A stretch of DNA of 63,641 nt, filler included, from 8 parts of 8 records of this genome joined end to end with filler, not necessarily neighbours in it, one strand, 5' to 3'. Positions 1 through 9,762 are shown, counted from the first letter of the whole stretch. Notes: generated by a model not told the origin, from the sequence alone. Made by a program: numbers and translations.

Positions 1-73
1 TTGGTAGACACCCGAGACTTAAAATCTCGTAATCCTTGCGATTGTGCGGGTTCAAGTCCCGCTCCCGGTACCA
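1..73 (+). tRNA. tRNA-Leu(TAA), 5' end cut off by window start
   Basis: D-loop remnant TTGGTAGAC, anticodon arm CGAGA-CTTAAAA-TCTCG, long variable arm, T-loop GGTTCAAGTCC, encoded CCA at 71-73. Confidence 0.95.
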
Positions 74-82
74 GATAAAAAT

Positions 83-129
83 AAGGGTTCAGCTAAAATC
101 TTAATGATTTCAAGCTGAACCCTTTTTTT
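83..129. terminator. Bidirectional intrinsic terminator between the tRNA and the convergent HD-GYP gene
   Basis: Inverted repeat AAGGGTTCAGCT...AGCTGAACCCTT with a T-run after and an A-run before. Confidence 0.8.
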
Positions 130-152
130 CTTTTGATAATTGCGATACCTGG

Positions 153-1214
153 CTAATTATCCGGAAACTCCTCCCTGACCGCAAAAATCTCAGGAAGATA
201 ATTTAAGAAAACATTGACCACCCGTGGATCAAACTGCTTGCCAGACTCACTCTTAATGAGCTCTACGGCCTTATCCATGGCCCATGATCCCTTATAAGAT
301 CGCTCGGAAGTCAAAGCATCGAACACATCGCTCACTGCGGTGATACGGGCAAAAAGGGGAATATCCGCCCCTTTTAATCCTTCGGGATACCCCTGCCCAT
401 CCCATCTTTCATGATGGTAGAGGGCAATCTGAGACGCTACCCAGATAATTTCCGAAGGATGATCTCCCATAATATCCGCACCTGCGGCAGCGTGACCTTT
501 CATAATTTCCCACTCTTCAGCAGTCAACGATCCTGGCTTAAGCAAAATGGAATCCGGGATAGCAATCTTACCGACATCATGCATTGGACTTGCATGAAGA
601 ATCAGCTCACAGGACTCTTCATCAAGCCCCATTCCCCGGGCTAGAATCTCCGCCACCTTACTCACCCGGATAACATGCGCCCCGGTCTGGTTGTCACGGA
701 ATTCCCCGGCTCTACCCAATCTCTGCACCATCTCCAACTGGATTTCGCGAATGGCTTTTGTCCTACGCCGGACCTCAACCTCCATCAGATCCGCTCGCTC
801 AACCTGTCGCTTATAATAATACCGGCTCGCAAGCATATTCTTGATCCGCAGCAATACTTCCCAATACTGGAAAGGCTTAGTCAAGAAGTCTGTAGCTCCA
901 GCCTCAAGGGCTTCCTGTCTGGTTTTCTCATCTGTCTGTGCGGTCAAAACAAGCACAGGTAAAAATTCACCCTGTATCTGCTCTTTCAAGGCATTCAGAA
1001 CCTCTATACCGCTCATGTGCGGCATCCTGATATCCAGCAGGATCAAATCAAAATTTTCTTCAGCATTAAGTGGAACAACAGTCCTAGGATCGGCGGTAGA
1101 GGTATAATTTTCGTACCCTTTGCGCTCAAGTATATTCTCCAGCAACACAATGTTTGTTGGGTTATCATCAACAATCAATATGTTGGATTCAAGCAGTGTA
1201 TTAGCATCAACCAT
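153..1214 (-). CDS. Response regulator with HD-GYP c-di-GMP phosphodiesterase domain (RpfG family)
   Basis: N-terminal REC (ILIVDD, LILLDIRMP, DFLTKP); HDVGK, HHERWDGQGYP and SDVFDAL motifs. Confidence 0.92.
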   Translation of the reverse strand: MVDANTLLESNILIVDDNPTNIVLLENILERKGYENYTSTADPRTVVPLNAEENFDLILLDIRMPHMSGIEVLNALKEQIQGEFLPVLVLTAQTDEKTRQEALEAGATDFLTKPFQYWEVLLRIKNMLASRYYYKRQVERADLMEVEVRRRTKAIREIQLEMVQRLGRAGEFRDNQTGAHVIRVSKVAEILARGMGLDEESCELILHASPMHDVGKIAIPDSILLKPGSLTAEEWEIMKGHAAAGADIMGDHPSEIIWVASQIALYHHERWDGQGYPEGLKGADIPLFARITAVSDVFDALTSERSYKGSWAMDKAVELIKSESGKQFDPRVVNVFLNYLPEIFAVREEFPDN

Positions 1215-3836
1215 CTATCTTTCCTTATATTCAGTCACAATCTGCTGCACACCATCTAAGCTCACAGGTAAATTCATTTTGCTATCAGCACCTTGAATCT
1301 TGCCATCACCAAGCAGACCAACAAACGGTTTCCACTTTTCCCCCCCCTGAGCGCGGACATCATCAATTATTTGCTCAAATATATCTCCGGCCAACTCTTC
1401 ACTTATTAACACAATGTCCGGTCTCAACAAAGAAACAGCCCGCAAACCTTTTTCAATTGTTTTACGGATGATCAAAGTAAACCCATTCCAGCGGGAAGAA
1501 ACCCCCCGCATTTCCTTAATATTCTCAAGATCTTCTTCAATGTATAAAAGAGTAGGAACCAGCTCAACCAAACCTTCCTGACCGGACAAATCATCCGCCT
1601 CGGCAACAAAAACTGGCATAGAAAGACTGAAGGTCGTCCCCCTGCCTTCTGCACTGGAAAAATCAATACTTCCGCCCATAGCCTCAACCAGCTGCTGGGA
1701 AATAGCCAACCCGATTCCTGTTCCCTCAATTTCAGAATCATTATCCACAAAACGACTGAAAGGCTTGAAGAGATCAGCGTGTCTCTTTTCTGGAATACCG
1801 ATCCCGCTATCAGTAATGGTCAACAGGACGTCTCTACCGCGATCAACACCTGAAATTTCAACCTTTCCACCCTCATGATTATATTTAATCCCATTTGAAA
1901 GGAAATTAAGAATCACCTGCTTAAACCTTGTCTTGTCCACATTAAGTTCAGGCAGGGAATCAACACTACTGTCAACGTGAATTGCAACACAGCTATCCAA
2001 GGCCTGTTGTTCCATAAGAGTAACAGACTCCCTTATGATTTCACCTACAGCAACGGATTCAAGGCTAATCGTAAAATTTCCGGATTCAATCTTTGAAAAA
2101 TCAAGGACTTCTGTAATCATATCTTTCAAATGATAGCCGGCAGCAGCAATGTGCTCCACATGAGATCGCATTTTTCCAGCTAAAACATCGTCGCTTAATA
2201 AAATATCGGAAAAGCCCACAATGGCATTGAGGGGAGTACGCAATTCATGGCTCATCCGGGATAAAAACTCAGATTTAGCTTTACTTGCGGAATCAGCAGA
2301 CTCAAGAGCATCCTTGAGCTGATCCTCCGCAGAAACCCTGTCGGTGATATCCACAAAATTCTCAAGCAAATAAATTTCATCTCCCCGCTTGAACGGCACA
2401 ACGCTTTTCAGAACCGATTTGCCGTTGGAAAGCCTGCGCACGGCATGGTCGATATCCTGCCCGAGATCCATAACCGGACACTTACCAACTTCTGCCGGAC
2501 AAATATATTTATGGCATACCGCCCCCAATGCCTCTTCACGGTTAACACCTATAAGTCGGGCTGCGGCTTCATTCATGTCCACAATGGTGTGAGCCTTGGC
2601 TGCAATGACAACAACACCTGCCTGCACCCCTTGCAAAACAGCATTGGTGTAATCCTGCTGCTCTTTGAGGCGTTTTTCCATCTCGATACGCTGACTGATG
2701 TCCATAAATGCTTCAAGCATTAGGCGCTCACCTGACAGGGTGATGTAAGCTGCGTTCTTCAGGACCGTAATACTCTTACCTCTGGCAGTCTTAACCTCCA
2801 CCTCACTCTCATGAGAGTCACCGATATTGCGTGAAAACGGACAAGCATGATCAGAGGAAAAACAGAAAACCTTATCACAACGATTACCAAGGACATTTTC
2901 CTCAGAATCAGCTTCAAAAAGACGTAAGGCTTCAGAATTGACTTTAATGACTTCCCTGTTCTCATTGACGATAACCATCCCGACCGGAATTGAATCGAGA
3001 ATAGTTTCAATGGCTGACTTGGCCTCTTCAAGGTTGCGGGCTTTAGATTCCCGGTCATCCAAAATGGAGCGAATATTAAAAATTATACGAAAGAAAATAA
3101 ATAGACAGAGCGGAATCGTGGCGGCCAACACCCCTAACCTTAAATTGTTCATTCCAGCAGAAGCTTGTTCTTTAAGCAAACTCAGCCGCTTTATTTCTAT
3201 CTGGGTCTCGTGAAAAATCTTGCTGGATGATTCTCTGGCCCGAAGAATAAGAGCTGCAATCTGCATGGCTCGAAAATTCAACACATCATGAACTTTTTCC
3301 AGCGAAGGACTGTCATCTGTGTTAAGCAGTTTTCGCAAAACAGAATAGATACCTTCTATAGCTACTTCCAGTTCAAAAACTTTGGGGTTCAGGTCGATAA
3401 CTTCCAAAACATATCCGGCACCTTTTTCCCTATGAAAGGAAATTTGCTCGTCAACTTCGTCTTTGTCGTAAAAGTTAGCAGGAAAACTGTTCTTGAAAGT
3501 CCCTCCAGCCTGCAAGACAGATAGAATATCTTCAAGCTTGCTAAGGCTGTGATTGATATCATTCTTGAAAACCTCAACCTTACGCAGGTCTGTGGTATCA
3601 GTCATCCTTGCGACACCAAGCTCCACCATAAGCAAACGGTGCATGATCGCCTTCCCCAACTCTGAACGGGCCTGTTGGTTCTCAATATCACGGTCATAAC
3701 GTTCCAGATAGTTCAGCTGCACCCTGTCCACGACATAGATCACTGCAAAAGAAACAAAAAAAATCAGACAAAGGAATAATACCTTGGAGATGACCTGTTC
3801 CTTGAGCAAGCCGGAGAGCTTATTATTTAACATCAT
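1215..3836 (-). CDS. Membrane hybrid sensor histidine kinase (2 TM, periplasmic domain, 2 PAS, HisKA, HATPase, degenerate REC)
   Basis: H-box SRMSHELRTPLNAI, N-box NFLSNGIKY, DSGIGI and GTGIGLAI; its stop abuts the start of the HD-GYP gene. Confidence 0.92.
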   Translation of the reverse strand: MMLNNKLSGLLKEQVISKVLFLCLIFFVSFAVIYVVDRVQLNYLERYDRDIENQQARSELGKAIMHRLLMVELGVARMTDTTDLRKVEVFKNDINHSLSKLEDILSVLQAGGTFKNSFPANFYDKDEVDEQISFHREKGAGYVLEVIDLNPKVFELEVAIEGIYSVLRKLLNTDDSPSLEKVHDVLNFRAMQIAALILRARESSSKIFHETQIEIKRLSLLKEQASAGMNNLRLGVLAATIPLCLFIFFRIIFNIRSILDDRESKARNLEEAKSAIETILDSIPVGMVIVNENREVIKVNSEALRLFEADSEENVLGNRCDKVFCFSSDHACPFSRNIGDSHESEVEVKTARGKSITVLKNAAYITLSGERLMLEAFMDISQRIEMEKRLKEQQDYTNAVLQGVQAGVVVIAAKAHTIVDMNEAAARLIGVNREEALGAVCHKYICPAEVGKCPVMDLGQDIDHAVRRLSNGKSVLKSVVPFKRGDEIYLLENFVDITDRVSAEDQLKDALESADSASKAKSEFLSRMSHELRTPLNAIVGFSDILLSDDVLAGKMRSHVEHIAAAGYHLKDMITEVLDFSKIESGNFTISLESVAVGEIIRESVTLMEQQALDSCVAIHVDSSVDSLPELNVDKTRFKQVILNFLSNGIKYNHEGGKVEISGVDRGRDVLLTITDSGIGIPEKRHADLFKPFSRFVDNDSEIEGTGIGLAISQQLVEAMGGSIDFSSAEGRGTTFSLSMPVFVAEADDLSGQEGLVELVPTLLYIEEDLENIKEMRGVSSRWNGFTLIIRKTIEKGLRAVSLLRPDIVLISEELAGDIFEQIIDDVRAQGGEKWKPFVGLLGDGKIQGADSKMNLPVSLDGVQQIVTEYKER

Positions 3837-4626
3837 ATAATCCGTACTTATTAAATATAGCCCTGCCCTCTACGCTTGACGCATACTCCATGAAAGCCTT
3901 GGAGATCTCAGGGTAACGGGAAAACCTAAGCAATCCGATTATTAATTTCTTTTTTCCGGCATATTTATCCCTGATCGGCAACACACTTAAACTATCACTG
4001 TTTTCCGGCCAAGTGGAAGTGGCATACCAGTTAATAACAAGATCCGCCTCGTTATCCTTAAGAACCCGGGCAAGATCTTTTGAATCCGTAGTCATCATCT
4101 GCACGTTTTCCGCAACCTGAGTAAATATCCCCTTTTTCGTCAGTATTTTCTCTGTCTCCCGTCCAATACTGCCGCTTTCAGGATTACCGATCACCACATA
4201 ATAAGTATTGTCGGCCATACTATCGAGATTAGCAGGAATATTCTTGGGATTACCTTTTTGGACCATCATTGCAGCCTTATTAAATCCCACATGGACAGTA
4301 TCCGTAACCAACCCCTGCTCGAGACAAGCCTGAATATATGATCCGGAACCGGGCAGATAGAGATCACCTATCTGATTAGCTTTAATAGATTTTAAAAGAT
4401 TACCTGACCCACCCTTGGTTATCAGCACCGTGCAATCATACTGCTGCTCAATAATACCCGCTATCTCGGTCATGGGCTTGATCATGGTAATACCGCAATA
4501 GATCAACAGTTCTTTTTGAGGCTCAATTTTCTGCTGCTGACACCCGGAAATTAAGAATAAACCCAGCAGTAGAAACGCAGTTATAACAGATAGATAAATA
4601 TCATTAATTAGCTGACGAAATTTCAT
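3823..4626 (-). CDS. ModA/WtpA-like periplasmic oxyanion-binding lipoprotein
   Basis: Lipobox ISGC; YCG.TM..P, GGSGNL, GDLYLPG and IGNPESGSIG motifs typical of the molybdate-binding SBP family; overlaps the kinase start. Confidence 0.8.
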   Translation of the reverse strand: MKFRQLINDIYLSVITAFLLLGLFLISGCQQQKIEPQKELLIYCGITMIKPMTEIAGIIEQQYDCTVLITKGGSGNLLKSIKANQIGDLYLPGSGSYIQACLEQGLVTDTVHVGFNKAAMMVQKGNPKNIPANLDSMADNTYYVVIGNPESGSIGRETEKILTKKGIFTQVAENVQMMTTDSKDLARVLKDNEADLVINWYATSTWPENSDSLSVLPIRDKYAGKKKLIIGLLRFSRYPEISKAFMEYASSVEGRAIFNKYGLYDVK

Positions 4627-4821
4627 TTAACTTTCCCTGATTCAATTTTGTATATGTTAATCTAAACATGCCATATCATCACATAAATTTGAATCAATTA
4701 TTGAGATTCATACCTGCACAAAAAACTTGCTTTTATCCATTCCATAAGGCACTCAACCCGCGGCGTCAGTAGCACGCCTGATCCACGCAACCATAAACAT
4801 CTCACCTCGAGGCCAATCACC

Positions 4822-5103
4822 ATGGACAAACATCCCAAGGACTGGCGATTTGTACAGGCTAACAAAGAAGCCCTGCTCACTCTGGGAGCCTACGCCCTTT
4901 ACTTTATCTGGTGGTACGCTTGTGCCTACGGCATGGGCAGCGGAGACCCCGACCAGTATGAATATGTATTCGGGCTGCCGGAATGGTTTTTCTACAGCTG
5001 CATTGTGGGCTACCCGCTCATCACCATCCTGCTCTGGGTACTGGTTAGATTTAAATTTAAAGATATGCCCTTGGATGAAGAGATTGAGGAGGAACAGTCA
5101 TGA
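4822..5103 (+). CDS. yhdT: YhdT/DUF997 small membrane protein
   Basis: RFVQANKEA...GLPEWFFYSCI motif, two TM helices, ATGA overlap with panF as in the known yhdT-panF pair. Confidence 0.9.
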   Translation: MDKHPKDWRFVQANKEALLTLGAYALYFIWWYACAYGMGSGDPDQYEYVFGLPEWFFYSCIVGYPLITILLWVLVRFKFKDMPLDEEIEEEQS

Positions 5104-6572
5104 GCACAACAATGATGACCGTCATTCCTGTAGTTCTTTATCTGGCAATGTCATTCGGCGTTGCTCTCTGGGCACGCAAAAAAGGCGAGTCCACAACCTC
5201 CTCCAAAGGCTTTATCGAAGATTATTTCATCGGCGGGCGTTCAATGGGCGGCATGGTGCTGGCAATGACCATTATCGCCAGCTACACCAGCGCCAGCAGC
5301 TTTGTGGGCGGTCCCGGAGTGGCTTACAAGCTCGGCCTTAGCTGGGTTCTGCTGGCCATGATTCAAGTTCCGACGACGTTCCTGACCCTTGGGATCCTCG
5401 GTAAACGGTTCGCCATTATGGCCCGCAAAACCGACTCCGTAACTATCACCGACTTCCTGCGCGCCCGCTACAAAAGCGACGCCGTGGTTATCCTCTGCTC
5501 CGTAGCCTTGATCGTCTTTTTCATGGCAGCCATGCTGGCCCAGTTCATCGGCGGGGCAAGGCTCTTCCAAACCGTTACCGGATATCCATACATTGTCGGC
5601 CTCGTGCTCTTCGGGGTCAGCGTGGTTCTTTACACCGCCATCGGCGGATTCCGGGCAGTAGTACTCACAGATGCCATTCAGGGCATTGTCATGGTTGTGG
5701 CTGTAGTGGTTATCCTGCTGGCAGTCATTAATGCGGGCGGCGGCATGGAGAAATGCATCCAGTCCCTGAAAGCCATTGATCCCGGCCTGATCACCCCCAC
5801 TGGACCGAAGGATGCTGTACCGCAGCCCTTCACCCTTTCCTTCTGGGTACTGGTAGGTATCGGTATTCTAGGGCTGCCCCAGACCACCCAGCGCTGCATG
5901 GGCTACCGTGATTCTAAAGCAATGCATGATGCCATGATCATCGGCACCCTGCTCATCGGCTTCATGATTCTCTGCGCCCACCTTGCCGGAACCCTCGGAA
6001 GGGCAATCCTTCCCGAACTCCCGGCAGGCGACTTGGCTATGCCCTCGCTCATCGTAGAACTGCTCTCCCCTGTCTGGGCCGGAGTATTCATTGCCGGACC
6101 GCTGGCTGCCATCATGTCCACCGTGGACTCCATGCTCCTGCTGGTCTCCGCTGCAATCATCAAAGATCTCTACATCCACTACCGCCTCAAGGGTGATGCC
6201 TCTCGCATGACTCTGGTCAGCCTAAAAAAAATGAGCCTGATCTGTACTGTAGTTGTTGGCTTGATGGTCTTTGTAGCCGCCATCGAGCCACCTGATCTAC
6301 TGGTCTGGATCAACCTTTTTGCTTTCGGTGGACTGGAAGCAGCCTTCCTCTGTCCCATTGTCATCGGGCTTTACTGGGATAAAGCCAACTCCACTGGAGC
6401 TATATCCTCCATCGTCATCGGCGTGGGAACCTTTATTGTGTTGACCATCATGAAGCCTGCCATGGGCGGTGTACATGCCATTGTGCCTACAACACTGGCT
6501 TCGCTGACCGCCTTTGTTCTCGGTTCATATGCCGGACTCTCCAAAACAAGGAGCAGGCAAACTCCAGCTTAA
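5100..6572 (+). CDS. panF: Sodium/pantothenate symporter
   Basis: SSS-family motifs YFIGGRSMGG, SASSFVGGPG and AAIMSTVDS; multi-TM; paired with yhdT. Confidence 0.9.
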   Translation: MSTTMMTVIPVVLYLAMSFGVALWARKKGESTTSSKGFIEDYFIGGRSMGGMVLAMTIIASYTSASSFVGGPGVAYKLGLSWVLLAMIQVPTTFLTLGILGKRFAIMARKTDSVTITDFLRARYKSDAVVILCSVALIVFFMAAMLAQFIGGARLFQTVTGYPYIVGLVLFGVSVVLYTAIGGFRAVVLTDAIQGIVMVVAVVVILLAVINAGGGMEKCIQSLKAIDPGLITPTGPKDAVPQPFTLSFWVLVGIGILGLPQTTQRCMGYRDSKAMHDAMIIGTLLIGFMILCAHLAGTLGRAILPELPAGDLAMPSLIVELLSPVWAGVFIAGPLAAIMSTVDSMLLLVSAAIIKDLYIHYRLKGDASRMTLVSLKKMSLICTVVVGLMVFVAAIEPPDLLVWINLFAFGGLEAAFLCPIVIGLYWDKANSTGAISSIVIGVGTFIVLTIMKPAMGGVHAIVPTTLASLTAFVLGSYAGLSKTRSRQTPA

Positions 6573-6721
6573 CCGGACTGCGACAGCTATATCCACTATC
6601 CCGAAACAGGGCCGACATGCTTTCGTAACAAAGATAACGTAATTGCTAACTGCGAAGCATGTTTGGAAATAACTGCCACTAAAGACAAAAGCCCTCCAGT
6701 CCGGGCACAGGAGTAATTGAT

Positions 6722-7390
6722 ATGGATATGCACCATCCTCTGAAAGTATATGAAGAGGAACTTGCCGACCTTCAGGGACTTGTCCTTGAACTCGGTAATC
6801 TGGCACTTAAGCAGTTGAACAAGGCTATTAAGACTTTTGAGGAGAATGATCCCGAGAGAGCGGAAGCGATCATTAAAATGGACGAAAAAATCAACGATCT
6901 TGAACATGAAGTGGACAAAATGTCCCTGATGATCGTGACTAAAATGGAGCCTAAAGCTGGTGATCTACGTTATGTCCTGACAGCCAGCAAAATCGCCTCC
7001 GACCTTGAACGTATTGCTGACTATGCCAAAAGCATTGCCAAGAAAGGCAAACGCGGATTTGCTGAAGAACACGCCCAGCATCTGGGCTATGTCCAGCACA
7101 TGGGTCAGGAATTGAACGCCATGCTTTCCAGTATCCTTGAAGCATTCAAAGAACTGAGCGTGGAAAAGGCCCTTGATGTCTGGCACAGCGATAGCAATGT
7201 GGATGCCCTGTTCAAAGAAGGTGTAACCGGTATGAAAGACTGCGTGGAGGCTGAAGACCTTGAAGGTAAAGGTTTTATCTCCCTGCTTTTCACCATGCGC
7301 TGTCTTGAACGTGTCGGCGACCATATCACCAACATTGCCGAGCATATCTATTTTATTAAATATGCGGAGTATTTTGCCGGAAAAAAATAG
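6722..7390 (+). CDS. phoU: Phosphate signalling complex protein PhoU (stand-alone)
   Basis: Two PhoU repeats, DLERIADYAKSIA and LERVGDHITNIAE. Confidence 0.92.
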   Translation: MDMHHPLKVYEEELADLQGLVLELGNLALKQLNKAIKTFEENDPERAEAIIKMDEKINDLEHEVDKMSLMIVTKMEPKAGDLRYVLTASKIASDLERIADYAKSIAKKGKRGFAEEHAQHLGYVQHMGQELNAMLSSILEAFKELSVEKALDVWHSDSNVDALFKEGVTGMKDCVEAEDLEGKGFISLLFTMRCLERVGDHITNIAEHIYFIKYAEYFAGKK

Positions 7391-7407
7391 ATTTATTCAT
7401 TGTATTC

Positions 7408-7450
7408 AAAGGGCGGAAACACAATCGTGTTTCCGCCCTTTTCTTTTTCT
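7408..7450 (+). terminator. Intrinsic terminator after phoU
   Basis: AAAGGGCGGAAACAC-AATC-GTGTTTCCGCCCTTT followed by a T-rich tail. Confidence 0.85.
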
Positions 7451-7482
7451 CTTTACACGACCAATGGTTTTGAATAACCTCC

Positions 7483-7574
7483 TTTGCTGCTGGGGGTGCC
7501 TTTATGGCTGAGATGGCGTTTTCGCCTGTCCCTTTGAACCTGATGCGGGTAATCCCGCCGTAGGGAAGCATAAA
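7483..7574 (+). ncRNA. TPP riboswitch aptamer
   Basis: GGGGTGCC...GGCTGAGA...CCCTTTGAACCTGATGCGGGTAATCCCGCCGTAGGGAAGC matches the THI-box consensus and lies directly upstream of thiS. Confidence 0.95.
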
Positions 7575-7608
7575 TAGATTTATATCCTCATATCTTATCT
7601 ATTCTTGC

Positions 7609-7640
7609 GCTCGCCCTATCCTGTGGTGAGCTTTTTTTTT
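7609..7640 (+). terminator. Riboswitch expression-platform terminator
   Basis: GCTCGCC...GGTGAGC stem plus T9, between the aptamer and the thiS RBS (GGAG). Confidence 0.75.
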
Positions 7641-7651
7641 ACGGAGTGAAA

Positions 7652-7852
7652 ATGATTGTAAAGCTTAACGGCAAGGATGCCGAACTAGCCGGCAAAATGA
7701 CCATTCTGGACCTTCTTGAATCCAAGAATCTCCCACCTGAAACCGTAGTTGTTGAAATCAACATGGAAATCATCCCGGCGGAAAGTTACGGCTCCACTAA
7801 AATAAATGACGGGGACCACCTCGAAATACTGCGCTTTGTAGGCGGAGGTTGA
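7652..7852 (+). CDS. thiS: Sulfur carrier protein ThiS
   Basis: About 66 aa, ending EILRFVGGG; first gene after the TPP riboswitch. Confidence 0.95.
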   Translation: MIVKLNGKDAELAGKMTILDLLESKNLPPETVVVEINMEIIPAESYGSTKINDGDHLEILRFVGGG

Positions 7853-7857
7853 TTAAA

Positions 7858-8634
7858 ATGAACAACGATATTTTCAAACTGGGCGGCCTTGAATTTGAAA
7901 GCCGTCTGCTGACCGGAACAGGTAAATACGCCGATGATTCCGTAATCCCGGATGTATGTGAAGCTTCCGGCTCCCAGATCATCACCGTAGCCCTCAGGCG
8001 CGTTGACCTTGAAACTGACACCGGAAACGTCATGGACTTTATTCCCAAGCACATGCAGTTGCTGCCCAACACTTCCGGCGCACGCAATGCCGAAGAAGCT
8101 GTCCGCATCGCCCGCCTTGCCAAGGCCATGGGATGTGGCAACTGGATCAAGATCGAAGTAATTTCCGATAACAAATACCTGCTGCCTGACGGTTACGAAA
8201 CCGCCAAGGCCACCGAAATCCTTGCTAAAGAAGGATTTGTGGTCCTGCCTTACGTAAACGCGGACCTGTACATTGCCCGTTCGCTGGTAGATGCCGGAGC
8301 CGCAGCAGTTATGCCGCTGGGCGCCCCCATCGGAACCAACCGCGGCCTCAAAACCCGCGAAATGGTCCGCATCCTGATCGATGAAATCGACCTGCCGATC
8401 ATTGTTGATGCCGGAATCGGCCGCCCTTCCGAAGCATGCGAAGCCATGGAAATGGGTGCTGATGCTTGTCTGGTCAACACCGCCATCGCTACCGCATCCG
8501 ATCCCAAAATGATGGCTAAAGCATTCGGCCGGGCAGTAAAAGCCGGACGCGAGGCATACCTCTCCGGTCCCGGAGCAAAACACAGCCATGCCAAGGCTTC
8601 CTCACCCCTTACCGGATTCCTGCACGAAGGATAA
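7858..8634 (+). CDS. thiG: Thiazole synthase
   Basis: [30 protein letters not shown] and MPLGAPIG motifs. Confidence 0.97.
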   Translation: MNNDIFKLGGLEFESRLLTGTGKYADDSVIPDVCEASGSQIITVALRRVDLETDTGNVMDFIPKHMQLLPNTSGARNAEEAVRIARLAKAMGCGNWIKIEVISDNKYLLPDGYETAKATEILAKEGFVVLPYVNADLYIARSLVDAGAAAVMPLGAPIGTNRGLKTREMVRILIDEIDLPIIVDAGIGRPSEACEAMEMGADACLVNTAIATASDPKMMAKAFGRAVKAGREAYLSGPGAKHSHAKASSPLTGFLHEG

Positions 8635-8640
8635 AATAAA

Positions 8641-9762
8641 ATGAGCTTCTATCCCATCTGCGCCGAATACAACGACGCCCCCCTTGCCGAGCAATTCGGC
8701 TCCGTAACTGAACACGATGTCAGGCGCGCCCTTAACAAGACAACTTTAAGCCCCGAAGACTTTCTTGCCCTGTTAAGCCCCGCAGCAATCCCCTTTCTCG
8801 AAGAAATGGCCGCCAAAGCCAGTCAGTTAACCTTGCAGCACTTCGGCAGAACCATTCAGCTGTTCACTCCGCTGTATATGGCTAACTTCTGCACCAACAA
8901 GTGCGTATATTGCGGCTTCAACACCAAGAACAATATCCCCCGCTCCCAACTGGGACCGGAAGAACTCGAAAAAGAAGCCAAAGCCATTGCCGCCACCGGA
9001 CTGAAACACCTGCTCATCCTCACCGGGGATGCCCGGGCTAAGTCATCCCCTGAATACATCGAATCCGCCGTGGAAATCCTGCGCAAGCATTTTCCGTCCG
9101 TATCCATTGAAATCTACGCCATGACCGAGGAAGAATATTCCCGCCAGGTAAAGGCCGGAGTGGACGGCATGACCATGTTTCAGGAAACTTACAATGAAGA
9201 TCTTTACCCGGAACTGCATCCCGCAGGCCCCAAGCACGATTACCGTTTCCGCCTTGATGCACCTGAACGGGCCTGCAAAGCCGGCATGCGTGTAGTCAAC
9301 ATCGGTGCCCTGCTCGGTCTTGACGAATGGCAGCACGACGCTCTGAAAACAGGCATCCACGCCGCCTACCTGCAAGACAAGTATCCCGAAGTAGACATTG
9401 CCGTGTCACTGCCGCGTATCCGCACCCATGTGGGCGATGCCTTTACTCCAAAATCCCTTGTCAGCGACACCGCCCTAGTGCAGAACATGCTGGCCCTGCG
9501 CATTTTCCTGCCCCGCTGCGGAATCACAATATCCACCCGTGAGGCCCCGGATTTCCGCGAGAACATCCTCCCTCTGGGCGTGACCCGCATGTCCGCCGGA
9601 GTTTCCACTGAAGTGGGCGGGCATACCTGTAACGAAGAGGAAAAAGTCGGACAGTTCGACATCAGCGATGAACGCAGCGTGGATGAAATGTGCGAAGTTC
9701 TCAGAAAACACGGATACCAGCCTGTCTTCAAAGACTGGCACCCCTTACAGGAAGCATCGTGA
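8641..9762 (+). CDS. thiH: 2-iminoacetate synthase (radical SAM)
   Basis: CxxxCxxC motif (CTNKCVYCGF), FQETY, SAGVSTEVGG and QFDISDERS. Confidence 0.96.
   Translation: MSFYPICAEYNDAPLAEQFGSVTEHDVRRALNKTTLSPEDFLALLSPAAIPFLEEMAAKASQLTLQHFGRTIQLFTPLYMANFCTNKCVYCGFNTKNNIPRSQLGPEELEKEAKAIAATGLKHLLILTGDARAKSSPEYIESAVEILRKHFPSVSIEIYAMTEEEYSRQVKAGVDGMTMFQETYNEDLYPELHPAGPKHDYRFRLDAPERACKAGMRVVNIGALLGLDEWQHDALKTGIHAAYLQDKYPEVDIAVSLPRIRTHVGDAFTPKSLVSDTALVQNMLALRIFLPRCGITISTREAPDFRENILPLGVTRMSAGVSTEVGGHTCNEEEKVGQFDISDERSVDEMCEVLRKHGYQPVFKDWHPLQEAS

Noticed and set aside
6620-6652. Possible Pho box upstream of phoU (GTAAC/ATAAC/GTAAT/CTAAC)
   Set aside because: The half-sites do not show clean 11-bp periodicity; too weak to call.
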